Origin: Candidatus Methylomirabilis sp.
Lineage (GTDB): Bacteria > Patescibacteriota > Patescibacteriia > DYHP01
Assembly (NCBI GenBank): GCA_020724105.1
Contig: DYHP01000004.1
Location: forward strand, 1-32,258
Direction: 5' to 3'
DNA length: 32,258 nt
Shown here: one piece after another, positions 31,368 through 32,258 of the stretch
Position numbering within the stretch: position 1 is the first letter of the stretch
Layout: each line of letters starts with the position of its first letter
Made by a program: the position numbers and the translations under genes
Notes under the pieces: generated by a model
The model's input: only the letters and a program-made list of their open reading frames with translations
Database searches by the model: none
What the model was told of the DNA's origin: nothing

Positions 31368-32258
31368 TTATACTTCAATCACCACCGGCAAGACCATCGG
31401 CCGCCGTTCGGTTTTTTTGAAAAGAAACTCGCCGATTTCGTTTCTAATCCTGTTTCTTGTATACATATTGTCCAGCGGCGACTTGGGGTCTTTGTCGCGA
31501 ATAATGCGCCTGACTCTCTCGCGCATATCTTCTATTAATTTCTTGTTTTCTTTGAGATAAACAAACCCGCGCGAAATAATGTCAGGACTGCCGGTGAGCG
31601 CGCCGGTTTTGCTTAGAACCGTGGCGATAATCACGACCATGCCGTCTCGGGCGAGGACTTTTCTGTCGCGCAACACAATGTCGCTTACGTCGCCCACGCC
31701 CAAGCCGTCGACAAACACGTAATCGGTCGGCAAAATTTCATTGGTTAAAACCGCCCTCCCTTTCTCAAACTCAATCACTTGACCGTTGGTTGAAATGATG
31801 ACTTTTTCCTTGGGGAAACCCGCGGCCTCGGCGACTTTGGCGTTTTCGCGGAGCATATATTGGCTTCCTTCAATGGGAATGTAATATTTCGGTTTAAGCA
31901 AAGAGAGTATTAATTTAATGTCGTCGTTTTTAGCGTGGCCGCCGGCGTGAACATCCATCATTTGATAATGAATTATTTCCGCGCCTTTTTTGACTAAAGT
32001 GTCTTTGAGCCGCGAAATGGTTCTTTCGTTACCCGGGACAACAGATGAAGAAAAAATGATGGTGTCACCGGGTTTAATTTGGACGGATTTATGTTCGCTA
32101 TTGGCAATTCTCATCAGCACCGCTTGTTCCTCGCCTTGGGCGCCGGTGCAAAGAATTATCACTTTGTCGTCAGGTAAATGATTGACTTGGGCAATGTCAA
32201 TAAGCGTATGGGGGTGATGTTTGATATAACCCATTTTGCGGGCGATTTCCACGTTTGT
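31368..32258 (-). CDS. rnj: Ribonuclease J, C-terminal two-thirds; 5' end beyond the window
   Basis: beta-CASP/metallo-beta-lactamase family sequence (...MMDVHAGGHAKNDDIKL...YIPIEGSQYML...). The frame stays open to the window edge at 32258. Confidence 0.85.
   Translation of the reverse strand, partial: TNVEIARKMGYIKHHPHTLIDIAQVNHLPDDKVIILCTGAQGEEQAVLMRIANSEHKSVQIKPGDTIIFSSSVVPGNERTISRLKDTLVKKGAEIIHYQMMDVHAGGHAKNDDIKLILSLLKPKYYIPIEGSQYMLRENAKVAEAAGFPKEKVIISTNGQVIEFEKGRAVLTNEILPTDYVFVDGLGVGDVSDIVLRDRKVLARDGMVVIIATVLSKTGALTGSPDIISRGFVYLKENKKLIEDMRERVRRIIRDKDPKSPLDNMYTRNRIRNEIGEFLFKKTERRPMVLPVVIEV

Overview
Compact, mostly minus-strand chromosomal segment of a small-genome bacterium. Gene content and style suggest a Patescibacteria/CPR-like organism (inference only). 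The genes are housekeeping: gatB (split into two ORFs), tmk, dut, rplA, rplK, nusG, secE, miaA, miaB, hup, tRNA-Val/Leu/Lys, a DAGK-like lipid kinase, bactofilin, argS, rny-ymdB, a Lon-family protease, rpoC, rpoB, trpS and rnj. There is also a 700-codon secreted surface-protein ORF at 1-2100 (-). It is absent from the ORF track because it runs off the window without a stop. I see no CRISPR array, transposase, phage or recognisable defence genes. The main signal is the repeat load. At least six families of short palindromic or periodic repeats fill almost every intergenic spacer. Several are also inserted in-frame and stop-free inside essential genes. (1) A 147-bp palindromic element with TAGAAGCC/GGCTTCTA termini: two identical copies in argS, one full and one partial in miaA, a fragment in miaB. 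(2) A roughly 111-bp AT-rich palindrome with TAGAAATT/AATTTCTA termini in miaA and miaB. (3) A roughly 48-bp C-run/G-run hairpin, twice in gatB and once in ymdB. (4) A 9-bp-periodic GTCCTATAG/AAGTCCTAT array at nearly every same-strand gene junction, also translated as (I/L)(S/G)P repeats in gatB and the surface protein. (5) Heptamer arrays (AGATTTA, AATCCGA and others) shared between spacers and coding insertions. (6) Small TTCCAC..GTGGAA hairpins. The closest known analogue is the Rickettsia palindromic elements, but this is multi-family and no mobilising enzyme is in view. A second oddity is the tRNA block at 12634-13007. There an intact tRNA-Val sits between 15-bp inverted repeats, inside what look like the two halves of a disrupted tRNA.
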